Source of the DNA: Epiperipatus broadwayi
Lineage: Eukaryota; Animalia; Onychophora
Reading direction: 5' to 3'
Length of the DNA stretch: 64,000 bases
NCBI GenBank assembly: GCA_028023455.1
Contig: JAQFVV010000005.1
Location: 9,610,001 to 9,674,000 of the forward strand
The notes beneath the pieces were generated by a model. The model saw nothing but the letters and a program-made list of their open reading frames with translations. It did not search any database and was not told the origin of the DNA. This document shows, one piece after another, positions 12,514 to 27,026 of this stretch. How positions within the stretch are numbered: position 1 is the first letter of the stretch; each line of letters begins with the position of its first letter. Position numbers and translations under genes: made by a program.

Positions 12514-13525
12514 GATTATTTATCTTTTCTGCATATGTGTGGTCATATGTATCAGTTCAAATCCCTATGTTTAGAATAAATTATAGAACAAACTAAAATT
12601 CAACATACTAACATGACCAACAATATATCACATGATCTTAACTTACATTTTTGTTATTCATTACCAAATTCTTTTATTCTTGCCACTTTTATGTCATCCA
12701 GGTTATGTGGTATAGTGTTGTTCATGTGATATAGTATTGGTTTTATGTCAATCCTGGCTAAAGAATAAAGCTATTTACATTTACCAAAAAATTAAGGTTA
12801 CCATAATATATAACAACATCTAGATTCAAATCTATATAACTATGTAAACAAATAGGCTTCAATTGAAAAAATTAATGTTTTGTAATTTGGGCTATCAGCT
12901 TGACAGTATAAAAAAGTAAAAAAATGCTGCTAGAGGAAATATGCATTAGATCCAAAAGGTCCAAGTATACGTTATATATAACTCCAAAAGCTGCTCAATG
13001 ATAAAAACCATTAGCTAGAAACTAATCTGGAAATATTTTGATAGAATAGTGCTTGATAACGATTTATTAAACACTAACATTTGGCATATATTGATTACTA
13101 AGTTTTATGCTAGATGGCATAAAGATGGTGAGAATAAAAAGAAATTAACATAGTAACCAATACATCATCTAATTTCTATCATTAATTTATACATATGTTT
13201 GGGAATTATGAATATAAAATCTAGATGACATTGATTAATGAGTTTAACATCAGTGTCTTTTTTAATATATAACATTGGGTATTTAGTGTTATTATTATTC
13301 AGACTCATATTGACCCTGGGCAGTCTTCAAACCAAATACCATGGAAGCAGTAACCTAACAATAGTTTATTTATTTATTATTAAATGTACTGTATTTAATT
13401 AGTAAACAAATTTTAACCGAAATTAAAAACTTTTTCTTTAAATAAAAATAAGAAAATCTACATTTATTGGTTTAATATTTGTATAAAATGATAAAATGTT
13501 TAATTTTATTTATTTTGTTTTGCAG

Positions 13526-13660
13526 TGTACAACATATAAAGACTGTTGCTTTCTACTAGATTATGATTGATGCTGCCTTAAGAATGGAAATTGTGACAGA
13601 ACAAAGACTACTTTGGGCATTGGAATTACTGACCCACTGTGGTATAAATATTGCACTTAA
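13526..13660 (+). other. Candidate exon of an unidentified gene (Cys-rich frame with internal TGA, or alternative exon 13560-13641)
   Basis: Strong acceptor ttttgttttgcag and a locally GC-richer block. Frame 0 reads CTTYKDCCFLLDYD*CCLKNGNCDRTKTTLGIGITDPLWYKYCT*. Confidence 0.35.
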
Positions 13661-16191
13661 ATTCATAGATATAATTTATGGTAAAATAAATTAATACTAT
13701 TCGTCATGTGTTTTTTGAAGTATTATTTATATTAAAATGTCTTTTATATATATAAACATTACAAGCATAAAGCTAATTTTGGATTTGGGGTAGTTTTGAT
13801 TATATATATATACCATAATACTAAAGTATTAATATGAATAAGAAGAAATGTTAAAGTTATTTAAAAATAAGTTAGATAAAGAAAAGGAAGGATAAATATG
13901 TATTTAAATACTAGCAAAACAAAACGAGAAATGCTTTCAAAAACTGCTTTATATTCATTTATAACTATGATTTGCTTCTATGGGTCTTTTTTTTTTAATT
14001 GTGCTGTGGGAAAATATTACATGATTACATAATTATTTCTCAATTGTTTTTTTTCTACTAGAAATTACTTCAAAAGTCACTTTAAATTACAATGATGATT
14101 GTAAGGAAAAAATTTAAATAGCATTGTTTAATATCAGGTACAAGACTGTTTAAAAACTGCCATCAATAAGTTAATTGGTTACTCAAAATTGCATATTATT
14201 TGTGAAGTCATTTTATGCTTACACATATAATCAGTCATATCACAATTAATAGCTATTCATTCTAGATAGTAAATAGTTATCTAATTACTTGAAACAAGTT
14301 TTAAAAGCCCAACCTAATCTATTTAGTCAGCTAAGCATTAATAAAATTACTACAAAAACAAACATTGTGATATAATGCCGGCTTCATTATAATTAATAAA
14401 AATGCAAAAATATGACAGCTATTAAATGTATTGTTTATATATATTTTAATGGGTTCTACCCCTTCCCTCTCTCTTTAAATGATCCTAATATGATATTTAT
14501 GAAATGGTATTAATAGTTAATATACAAATGAAACACTAATTTTGCTGAGATGGACTTGTAGTAGCCATAGTCTGTAGACAAGTTATTTTAAAGCTTAATC
14601 TCCCAACAATAAGAACACAAAAATTAAAGACATCATTATATAATTATGTGAACACTCGGCTTTAGTTTCTATTAACCACTAATTAATATTTTGCCCGGTA
14701 ATATATTTATGGGTGTTGGCTTGTTTTGACTCCAAGCGCCAATCTTTTGCGTGCATAAGAATTATGTTGCCAGGATTTTATGAGAATAATAATAGTGTAT
14801 TATTTAATACTTGGCCACTAGCTAACTCATCCAGGGCGGATAGTCCTGCAATCGTCAGAGATGAGTTACTTTGAGGTAGTATGCATAAAATTGTGCAATA
14901 CATTGAACATATATACATTTAAATTAAACTACTAACTATGAGATAATGAAAATAAATAAAGACGGAAAAACTATTCTTCATTATAACAATTAAACAAAAT
15001 TTCTTTACATTTAGTTATATGAAATTTTAACAGATGCAGACATATATATTTTATCAGGTCAAATTATTATTAATTATGCGAATATCACATTCTCTTCTCA
15101 TGCTTAGATATATAAATTTTAACAAAACTAAATCCAAGTTATGTTGAAAAATTAATAAAGTACGCACATTTACATTTGTATAAAAAAAATAGGTTATTAC
15201 CTTTTAATCCCCAGGGAAATTAGATTACCTTTATTCATGAGTAAAGTAAGCTTATTGAAAGATTTGGGATCCATAATGAGTGTCCATCATGAAAGTCTGT
15301 TTATAATTTCTGAGGAAATGGTCGTGTGTCTGAAGGCTTGATGCAATGAAGGTGTACGGAGCAGATTTCTTAAGTTTGAATGATCATGGGACAAGGAAGC
15401 AGCTTTGATTTACTTCATGGGGTTATGGGAGCAAAACCCAGCATGTCTACAGTTTCACCCTTACATATTCATGCCAACAAACATATATATTCTTTCAATT
15501 GCAGGTCTGAAAATTAATCACTTATAATAAGCAGCAAAAGACAACAGACAAAAGTAAAAAGACTAAACTATATTCTCCTTTGGTTATTTATATCATTTTT
15601 TTACTTATGTTCTCAGGCCTAAATTTCCATCAGTCCTCCAAACTTCCTAAATTTTTTTAAATTTTATCTTACTCAATCTCGTTCCTGGACCTTACAATTT
15701 TCTAGATCCGCATCCTTTGTCTTTAGTTTTCTCTTTTACAAAAGAAAAGCTTTTAGCACATTTTATCAAATTTATAATTTTGTTAAGACATTTTTTATAG
15801 AGCTTAACTTTTAACAGGATTTCCATTTTCAACATTCCATATACGAGAACAAAAGTGTTTTCATTCTGTTTTCTTCTTAAAACAAAATTCTATACAATAA
15901 AGTTTATATATTAAATACATATATTGATTTTCTAGAACATTCTATACATGCTATATTTATTATTATTTTTCTTTAATATATATACATGTACCTACCTTAA
16001 TTAAAATGAATTGAGCACAAGACCCCCCCCCCCTAAGATTGCTCTAGTTAATTTATATATTTTTTAATACAAGTGTTGAAAGATATCTACCTATACTCGA
16101 CTATTTAAAGTTCTCTTTTACCTTGGAACAGGGTTAAAAACCTGGTTCCTGTTTCAATATATGTCTTTTACTACAAGTTACATTATATATT

Positions 16192-16948
16192 TAATTTACA
16201 TTCATAGCGGCCATTCAAACCAATTGTGCAAACGCTTTGCGAGTGTTAAATAATAAATGAATGCCTTCTGATCAATACAAGATATAGAATTTATGCAGGA
16301 ATAAAAAGGATCCTCTTATTCCTACGACTCAAATATTTATATATGAGCAAATCTGAAGTACTTGCACAGAAGGCGTGACGATAGAACGGTCACTTTTAAA
16401 TCACCATATAGATTTGCTCATATATAAATATTTGAGTCGTAGGAATAAGAGGATCCTTTTTATTCCAGCATAAATTCTATATCTTGTATTGATCAGAAGG
16501 CATTCATTTATTATTTAACACTCGCAAAGCGTTTGCACAATTGGTTTGAATGGCCGATATGAATGTAAATTACAATTATATGCAGACGCTATAAAAATAA
16601 ATGCTTACTTATATATATGATTAAGTTTCAGTTGGAATGACGTTTAGTAAATTCTAGGAAATTTCATCGCGTCATTCGTTCAGACATTGTATATGGTGAT
16701 TTAAAAGTGACCGTTCTATCGTCACGCCTTCTGTGCAAGTACTTCAGATTTGCTCATATATAAATATTTGAGTCGTAGGAATAAGAGGATCCTTTTTATT
16801 CCTGCATAAATTCTATATCTTGTATTGATCAGAAGGCATTCAGTTATTATTTAACACTCGCAAAGCGTTTGCACAATTGGTTTGAATGGCCGATATGAAT
16901 GTAAATTACAATTATATGCAGACGCTATAAAAATAAATGCTTACTTAT
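16192..16948. repeat. Young CpG-rich ~330-bp repeat: one inverted plus two tandem copies
   Basis: Near-identical copies at 16192-16410 (inverted), 16410-16614 and 16621-16948. Confidence 0.9.
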
Positions 16949-19106
16949 ATTATATATTTAAATAAAATAAATCAATGGTTAATCAGATTATTAATAATGG
17001 TAAAATAATTGATATATATATATCATGGAAAATGGAAACAAATTTATTCAATTATGCTGTTTTTAAATAAATAAATAACACAATATAATACAAAATATTA
17101 TCTATATAAATAAATACAAAAGAACTTTTTTTGGCAAGTATTTTTTGCCCTTATCAGTGTGATGTAATCTATTTTAAAGCTTCAATTTAAATTGCATACA
17201 TAGTCATATTTAATTTTTTTGTATATAAAATTAACTAGAACCTAATCAAACAATCCAAATACTTACAACTAGTATATAGGTCTTCCCCCACCACCACCAC
17301 TTTTTTCTTTCCTTCACCTATTTTTTTTTTACTTAACTAACTTATAACAATCATATAAAATGTGCAGAGATAAAAAATCTATATAAATTATAAATATATA
17401 CTATATTGATTTTCCCTTTGTTTATATTTTTAATTCAAATTTGCACCAATTTTATGAAATAGAACAAAGTGAGATATTACATAATGAATGGGGAGTTTTG
17501 CAGAAAGATATCCAAACTTTATATAGATTTATTTAGTCCGGTCTTCCAGATATATATATATATATTCTATTGCATGATTTGTTGTGATCTTATATAAGAT
17601 CATCTGTGCCTCTCAGATATTTTTTAGAGTAAATATAATTAAGATAAATATATGATCATAGGTAGAAATTTCTTTAAAATGGAACCATTTAATAGTAAAT
17701 ATCAAACACATTCAATAAGAATATCAATTAAACATAAAACAATATAAAACTTATTTCTTAGAATATATAATAAAATACCCATTAGAGCAAAATCTTGAAA
17801 ACTAATAGCATCCATTAAATAAGCTTCAGATTCCTTATAAATATCTACTTCTAGCACTCTGGGTTAACAACTTGTCAAAAAAATTGAATTGAGATAAACA
17901 CTTAAATCATTGTACTACAAATTTGGCTTTACAATATCTCTTAATTATTTTATGTACATCACAGTTTTTAATAAATAAATTCAGATTCATCTCTTGCCTT
18001 TTCTCACTTTTCATTAAACATATGACCACTATGTGCACTTCATACATGAAACTTAAGGTCTAAATTAATGACTTCAAATTTGCCACAGTTATAGAAAATA
18101 TTGATTTTTAAATTTTATGTAACAAAATTTATTCAAAAATATTTAACAAAAAATAAATTAAATATATTAGCAACTAGAAAATTATATATAATCTTTATAA
18201 AATAATTTTTCAATAATTAATAGCTTAAGAGATTAAAGAGAAGTGCTTCATATTTTACAAACACATACATATTATTTATAACTTGGTAGAACAGATAATA
18301 TAGACATATCACTGATAATTTTAATTTTGCATATTTATTGTGTTATTCATTTATCTTTCTTTATAGAAAGAATATAATTGCTTATAAATTATATGTATTG
18401 ATTGTAATATATATATATAAATAAATCTATTTAAAAGCAGAAGAGATTTCAAAAACTTTTGAAATTCATCTACAAAAAGATGCCATACATGGTGGTATGG
18501 CTATAGGCAAATCAAATCAATCTACTCAGTTATCCACAAAATGTGACAACACTTTTATCTGTCTGTTAAAAAGAGTAGAAAGTGACATTTGTATTATAAA
18601 TAAAAATCTTTAACACATACTTTTTATTAAAAAATAAATAAAAAATTTAAATATCAACAGACTAGAAATATTTTCTGTCTTTATTATATATATGGAATAA
18701 TTATAAATTTTATTAAACGTTCATTATTATATTAAGTAATAATTTACTAAGGCTGAAATAAGTAAATATCTCACAAATTACATAGTAAACATTCATCTTT
18801 AAGAGAGCCATAACAAGCAACATTAGAGTAGCTATATAAATACATAGTATTTTATGATACATAACAATAGATAATTTTAAAATATGATTTCAAAATTTTT
18901 TTCCCTCATTTCAAATTGTAAATTACCCATCAAGCATTGAGGAAGATATGCTCTTGAACTGTTGTAAGACCTACTTTAATTCAGTATTACATTTGTTTAT
19001 AAACAAACAATACTTTTTTAACAAATCATATTTTTGATAAATGTGTAAAGTCTATTTATGCACACACATTTCTATGCATTTAAAATCTTAAAACTTCTAT
19101 TTATAT

Positions 19107-22100
19107 TGTACCCTTTTTATTAGGTCTAAATAGGTTTTGTAAGTCAATTTCTTAAAAATTTTAAAATTATTAGAGATTTAAGGATTGTGATATAATAATA
19201 TTAATAGGGTTTTTTAAAGCTTTATTATGATGAAGTTAAAGGTTATAAATATTTAAAAGCTATGATAAAATGCTAAAATTATAAAGTAAAAATTAAATAT
19301 AATTTTGTATGGTTGGAAGAACTGGCTATAGTGATAATAATGAAAATTATGTATTAAAAGTCTTGTTAAACAAAGTGTTGAAAACTAATTTTAAATAATG
19401 ATTTTAAAATTGAATAAGTTGTTAAATATATTTTAATAAAAATAGATTTAAATTTATAATTATTTATTAAAAATTTTAGTATTTTGTGGGATATACAAGT
19501 GTATTCAATTTTGTTTATTGTTTAAATAATGTCAAAATTATTATTCCAAATTCTATCAATATTTTATTATTATTATTTTTTTTACAATATAATATTTTGT
19601 ACTTAAATATTTAATTAATTTCATTTCAGACAGAGAATATAAAAAATTGCAACACATTTGTCTGGGGTTTTTTGGTCATGTGACTAGAAAATACATATAC
19701 TTTGTGTGCTTGCAAGGTTTTTAAAAAAACATTTCAAAATTACTTTCATAATTGTTTTAAAAAAATTGAAGACATTTGAATATCATAAAAATAAATATAG
19801 GAAATTATTTAATTGTCTTTAAAAATAGTCGTAATTAATAAAGCTAAATTTAAAAAATAGATACATTAGAATTAAGTATTAGATAAACTGATAACGTATT
19901 TAAAATGTGTTGTTTTAAAGTAGTTAATTTGTTTAAGTATAGTTATAAAATTAATTTAGAAATGAATATTGCAATAATATTAATAATATAAACAATGAGT
20001 CATAATTTTATTGCTAGATTTTAAAATGTGAAATTGACATTTATGTAAATTAGTTGTAATTATAAATTTTATTAAACGCTCACTATTATTTCAGTAATAG
20101 TTTTAACAAGGCTGTAAACCTTAGCAGAGGTCCCTAGTGACGATTTTTTCAGACGCTCATTGCTAAGGTTTACAGCCTTGTTAAAACTATTACTGAAATA
20201 ATAGTGAGCGTTTAATAAAATTTATAATTACAACTGTAAATTAGTTTTGTAAGTTAAGAGTCGGGTAACCAATCAGATTGTAAGTTAGAACTGGTATATA
20301 AATGAATGCTCTCACTTCTTGTCAATCTAATTATTACTACCACTTTTATTTTATTATTTTAAATAGCACCCAGTATATTATTATAAGTCAATTAATTTCA
20401 ATTTTTCAAATTCTATTTTTTTTAAAAGAAATATAAAGGATTAAAAATTTATTAAAGTTAAAACAAGAATGTTTCCCTAAAACCACTTAATTTCCTGCTA
20501 GTTTTTTCTATTTAAAACTTAAGTCAAATTCATAGTAAATTATGGAGCATATACCAGAAATAATGTGCGTAAGAGGGTTAATGGTGATGAAAAAAACAGT
20601 TGACAGAGGAAAGTATAATTTTTCTTGTATTATTTAAAAACTCATAATTATTTACATAAAATGCTTTGGATTTTAAGGATATTTGGAAATATCACTTGGA
20701 GAACTAACACATATGTGCATAATATTTTAAAAACTTTTAAGAATATTATTAAGATAATAAAATTATCCTGGAAAAGACTGGAAACTATATGTTTCTTTAA
20801 AATTATGAAAATAGTCAAGATGAAATCATAGTATAAAAAATATATATCATTCTAAATTATACTATTTATCGTTTTTAAAAATACAGCAATTTTTAGAGAT
20901 ATTTATTTAAAAATTATTTAAATGTTTTGAAAAAATGATGTAAAGTAAAAATAGAATAACTTTTGATATATATAAAAAAACTTATTCTCTTAATTATATG
21001 TCAAAAAAAGAAAATTAATGGATAATAGAAATAAATATCAGGATTAAATGAATAACTCATGGAATATTTAAACATGAATTTATTAATGACTATATATCTG
21101 CATTATGAGATAATAATTTGAATGGAATGAAAAATGCGTATTTTCTGCTAGCGTATGTATCTGAAACTAATGCATTTCATGTGAACAGGAAAAAACACTG
21201 GAACTTACCTATAGGAGATATTTTTTATAAAAAAAGTAATATTACATTAAATAATTGTTATCCTAGAAAGCAACAGATAATAGACTGTATTTAAGGACTT
21301 TCAAGAACAGGATTAACAATGAATTTTCAAATTTTCTTGGATTTAAAAGTCGATATTTTTTTTATTTGTGAGTTTATGCCCAGTGGGGGAGGAGAGTTCT
21401 GTGTTAGAAAGACTTTCAGCCAATGCTTGTCATGTAGCAATTGGGAAAGGTTTCCATTTAGAAGTGTTGAATTGCAATAAAAGACTTTAGTTTGGACTTT
21501 ATTAGAACAAAACATAAATTGGAATTACGTAAATTTAGTTTTGAATTATTATTTTAAACATACTTAATTTTAGAATGTATTGTTAGGATTGGAAAGGTTA
21601 CATTTTAAATATTTATTCTACTTATTCTAACATTAATGTTAATATTTTTTAAAAATCTTCTAATATTTTAAAGTTTTTGCAAACATTTTCTTAAAGTATA
21701 ATTGGTATATTGGATGACTGATATTTTGATTAATGTGTTTTCCTATCTGAATTTGGACCAAAGACATCAAGACAGTTGATTTTTGCAAATCGTAAAGCCA
21801 CTAGGTAAATTTTTTTGAATTGTTTAATTACTATGTGACATATATTTTATTTACTATTTTTTTCTAGAATTGCTTGGAATAATTTTGAAGATATTGCTTT
21901 TAACGTATGTGTGAACATGAGTATGCGTGTGTTAATTACACATCTATATTTTTTTATTATTCTGAGATATAAGCTGATTTTAAAAAAAGATATGCATACA
22001 CAGTTTTCTTTCTTATATTATAAAGCGTAATATAATTTATTGATGCTCATAATTTTTATGATTCTTTACTGAATGAACCATACTTTTGAAATATTTGAAT

Positions 22101-24285
22101 ATTGATTTTAATGTTTTAAAATCAAAGTCATTTGTATTTTTTTCATTGCTAAGTTTTAAGTGATAAAAACCTTTTTCTTATTGTAGTTCTGGATTGATAG
22201 TATCGTATGTTAACTTTGTTTGTTATTAAGAGTAATGCTAGTTATTTTGCGATATAGATTGTTAGATCTATTTTGGAGTTTTAATCAGTAGTGACAGGAA
22301 AAACTATAAGGAAACCCTTGGATGCTTATAAGTAGGATATATTAAGAAGATAGGAAAATAGCCTATATTTTTATCTTAGTAGTTTTATGCAAGTACAGTT
22401 AACGTAGCGTGTCTTGTATATATTTTCCGTGGACAGTGGTGATATTTTCGTATTTTATAAGGATCTGTAGGAGCTGAACAAATAGCCTGGACATTATTTT
22501 TGAAGGTATTGGACAGAAAAGTTATAACTATTCTTTCACATTGTTCCCAGGTGAGTTATTAAATGTTTTGTACTATTGAGTCCTATGCATCATATCACTA
22601 TCTTAATTTCAACAGTTATTACATCATGTAGCATAGTATTTTATGAAAAGAAAATAATGAATAATGTTGGATTGATGTATTGTTATTTTTCAAAAGGAAG
22701 TAAGATAGGTTTTTCTTGTTTGTATTAAGATAAAATACAGATGAAATTGAATGTAAATGCTGATAGTAAAATAATAAAGAATCATAAATACTTTTTCATA
22801 TTTTATTAAACAATTTTGATGATAAAAGAAATTACAACTATTCATGATATTTTTAAATAATTTTGATATTTTTGATTTTGCACAAATCAATGCATATTTT
22901 TTGAAAGTTGAATCATCAAAATGAATAACACAAGGAGTGATGAATGTTTGTACTTTATGAATATTATTTGTAAAAAAAAAACATGAAACACATAAAAATT
23001 TTTGAGAATGGTGCCAAGCAAAAAAGTATCTAGTAATAACATCAACATTATTTTCATTAAATTCAATCTTAAAACATATTTTCAAAATGAATATTATTTT
23101 AAGTATTTATATTTTTGTGTACAATTATTAAAGCTATATTGTCTATTGTTTTAATTAACAAACAATTTAATTAAGCTATGAAGTGCAGGTCTAAATTAAC
23201 TTTTTATTTTATATTGTGTATAACAAATAATGCATAAGCCAGAGTGAAGGCTTATTTACTTTTTGATTTTGTATAATATTGAAAAGTGTAACTCAATCTT
23301 ACATTAGTTAAACTTACATTTGTTAGATTTTATTTACTGAAACTTGTACATACTGTAAATAGTTTTGTTTTAATGAAAAGTATAATAAATTTGTTAAACT
23401 TGTTTTTATAAATCTCTGTGTTGTTTTGATTGATTTATTCACCACCACAAATACATGATTAACAGAATCCAAAATAAATATGATACATTTGCACAGTATA
23501 AATAAATTATTCATTTTTAAAAAATAATAATTATCCAGAATATGATATTTGAATAATTTTTCTTTTGCAATAATATTATTGTGGTCATAATTAATCACAG
23601 TAATTTACTGCATAGAATTTTAATAGTTTGTTGCCACATATTTTCAGTTTATACCATATTAATGTGCCATATGAGAAATAAAGAATTATATTATTCATAT
23701 TATTGTTATTATCATTATTATTAGTTAGCATAGAGTTAAATAGTAGTTTGATTGTTATTATTATTGGTTAAGTGTAGTTAGAAATGATACAAAATCCCTT
23801 ATCATATTCGGCTACGGAAGATATTTTTTAAAAAATGATTAGATTTATTTTCAAGAACCTGAGATAATTATAATTATTTTTTTTAATAAAAGAGATTAGA
23901 GTTTAGTTTAGTAATATCATACTAAATTACTTATTATTGTTAAAGTCTTAAGAATACTATGAACTTATTATTATTTGAAATAATAAGGGAGTTAGTGTTT
24001 TTATGCTATTGAGATTGTATCCTGTGGGATATAAGCTCGATGTAATTCATTACTGCTTTACCTTCACTAAATTGTCTCATGATTTATTAATATTTTATTA
24101 GTTTAATTTTCATAAATCAAACCATATATGATTTAATTATTTAGAGCTAGTTGAATTGCACAAATCATTATAGGATATCTTTATTTATTATATCAAGATT
24201 ATAAGTATTTTTAACCAAAGCATTATTATTTATTTGAGCTAGTTTCACTTTCTATATTATGTATCGAACTGAAGGTGAGGGTATA
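19107..24285. mobile_element. ~5.2-kb non-coding element, copy 1 (TGTACCCT…AGGGTATA ends)
   Basis: Collinear, visibly diverged similarity to 26102-31683 along its whole length; the similarity stops at the short inverted termini. Confidence 0.6.
20053..20234. mobile_element. 182-bp fold-back insertion with 9-bp TSD
   Basis: Perfect ~75-bp arms. TSD TGTAAATTA at 20044-20052 and 20235-20243. Empty site in the sister element near 27400. Related pieces at about 18710-18775 and 40975-41050. Confidence 0.85.
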
Positions 24286-26632
24286 ACATAAATGCTTCTT
24301 TAACGTATATTTCAAATAATATTTTGTTTTTGCACTATACAAATATTAACCTTTTTTTTTATAAACATTTAAAAATTTTATATTGTGTTTAAATAATAAA
24401 TAAAAGTATAACTTTAAATATTTTTCTAGATTATTTATTATATACATATTGGATTTTTTAATTGTAATAAAAATAATGCTCAATGGATTGTGAATGGTTG
24501 TTAAAATTTAATTTAACATTATAACAAACAAAATCATTTTCATAATATAGATTCCAATGTATTCAATGGAATTATTAACTTCGAGAATGTGGAATTACTT
24601 CAGCATTAAACAATTTTTAATTATCTTTACTTCATATTAATAATGTTTTTCTTTGACTGTTTGAAGCTCCTTTTATAGTGTGCAAGCTTTCTAAGAAAGT
24701 ATTCCATACTTAGAAATATTTTGAGATTGAAGATAATTACTAGAAAGAGTAAGACTTTTAAGAAAGGCAAGTATGATAACTCATTTTCATTGCATACATA
24801 TATCAATAACCAATGTATAAGAACTTTTTTATTTCTGTTACAAATTTAATTGCAGAAACATTAATATAGTTGTATAAGTGAACCTGGTTCACGATTGGCA
24901 TTTTTATCAAAGGTAATGTATTTGAATCCATTGTAAAATAGTGAAGGTAAGATAGGCTTTCAGGGGTTTTCTATATTTCATGATTTATACTATATAACTA
25001 ATAATTATTTCTCTTTTTTGGCTTACATTTTTTACTTTTTGTGTGGAGATTAAAAATATATGCTATACAATTCAGAACCTTCACATTTTTAAGAGCTAAA
25101 CATTTTGAGATTGTTCAACTAGACTCATTAAGTTTTCACTTACCAACAGTAATGATGTAAAATGTTTTTTTTTCATATTTTTAACGGATTTGCAGAACAA
25201 ATGTGACAAACAAAGGGGAGTAAAAGCTAGTGTTCTGTCATATATATATAAATTTTGTTATAGTTTCTAATAATTGTTTTTTATTTAATCACTTTTTTAA
25301 TAAAATTTGAAAGAATAAATATATAATAAATCTATTAATTACTTTATATTAAGCATTGTAATAAATATAAAAATGATCAATGTTCTTGAACACATTAAAG
25401 CACAAAAATATACACATGTAGATACATCTACAAAAATGTTTCAAATATAATTATACATATTATTAATAAAAAATAGAAATGGTTAATTAAAAGTAGGTTG
25501 CAAACATCAAGCTTAGTTTTATAATTCGATCTAAATGATTCAAATATTTTTCTTCATGCTGATTTTAAATTCTACATTAGATTTTATATATATATAAAAT
25601 AAAAGCATTTTTATTTTGATGTTTACACTTATTTGTAAAGGTTATTAAAAATGCTGATTTTTAAAAATGTTTTATATAATTTACATTCCAAAATTATTGT
25701 TTTATTTTCTTGCTTGCAGATCATTTTCAAGATTATGTAATGATCCACATTCCCTTAAGGAATGAGGGTGAACATATCTAACTATAGTCAGACCTAAGGT
25801 CTTCATATAGGATGCCATGAATGATGCAATAAAAGTCTAATCCATGATTGCATCTATTTCAAATATAATTTAATGTTTAAACATTCAGTACAGATATAAC
25901 TTAGACTAGTTCATCCAATCTTAACCTCTTTATTATTCCGTTATGCTCAGTAACCGAACTCAGGATTAATTTTACACTTAACTCTTGAGGAGTCAATTAA
26001 TATCCTGTAGCAATAATAATACTTTTTATATAAGTTTGATAGATTCTTGAAATTACTTCTGACCAAGTTATCATGATGTTAAGTCAGGATGATATATATA
26101 TTGTACCCTTTTGACTAAGTCCAAATAGGTTTACTAAGTCAATTTTGAAAAATTTTAAATTAAGGATAAACTTAAAAAGTATAACTGCTGTATAATAATA
26201 CTTTTTAAAACTTTGTTAAAGTAAAGTTGAGAGTTGTAAATATATAAAAAAAACTATGTTAATATGCTAAAATTATAAAGTAAAGTTAAATATTAGGATT
26301 TTTGTATGGTTGGGGAAAACTGGCCATAGTAAAATAATATACTAAAAGTCCCTTAAAGTGCTAAAAGCTAGTTTTAAAATAATAGTTTAAAATTAAATAA
26401 GCTAATGTATTTTAAATAAAAATTAGATTTAATATTTATATTATAAATTATTTATTAAAAGTATATTTTGTGGTAGACAAATGTATTTAATTTATTACAG
26501 TTTAAATAATTTCAAAATTTATCTATTCCAAATTGTATCATTATATTTTATTATTTGTGTATAATATTTTGCAATAAAATGTTTAAGATAATTCAGTTTT
26601 TAAACAATAATTTATATACATATTGTCTAGGT

Positions 26633-27026
26633 CAGGGGTCCCCAACCCTATGCCCGCGGTCACGATGGTGCCCGCAGACCATTTTATGTGTGCCCGCTAC
26701 TATCCGAACATGATAAAAAATTATTTATCTGATACAAATAAATTAAATTTTTTAAATTTCTTATAAATTATTGTATTATATTGTAATCAAATTGTAGATC
26801 ATACTATATTTTTACAGCGTAAAACTATAAACGTTGATTATGTTAAAATTTTATTTTTGAAATAAATATTTTTTTGTATATTATGGGTATTAACAATATC
26901 CAACTATAAATTTACATTGAAAAAATAAATGATGCCCGCCATCTGGTTGAAAAAAATAAATGGTGCCCACCACCTGGCCAGTATTATAGAATGTGCTCTT
27001 AAGTGCAAAAAGGTTGGGGACCCCTG
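26633..27026. mobile_element. hAT-Charlie MITE (394 bp)
   Basis: TIRs CAGGGGTCCCCAACC / GGTTGGGGACCCCTG. 8-bp TSD GTCTAGGT at 26625-26632 and 27027-27034. Empty site at about 19660 in copy 1. Confidence 0.95.

Larger units (their letters stand above)
12075..12570. mobile_element. Family B: HHR plus tRNA-derived repeat, inverted pair
   Basis: Minus copy about 12075-12320 and plus copy about 12426-12570. B-box GAGTTCAAATCCC at 12095-12083 (minus). Confidence 0.8.

Noticed and set aside
14824-14867. Minus-strand CUGACGA inside an AACTCATC/GATGAGTT stem with an inner CAGG/CCTG stem
   Set aside because: No GAAA or stem III follows, so it is not a hammerhead, and no other RNA family was recognised.
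15229-15506. GC-richer minus-strand block with acceptor and donor
   Set aside because: All three frames contain several stops and no peptide was recognised; it may be a UTR or non-coding exon but this is unsupported.
25779-25812. Hammerhead-like relic (minus: AUAUGA-A-GACC-uua-GGUC-UGA-CUAUAG-UU)
   Set aside because: Both conserved core segments are damaged and stem I is poor; single copy.
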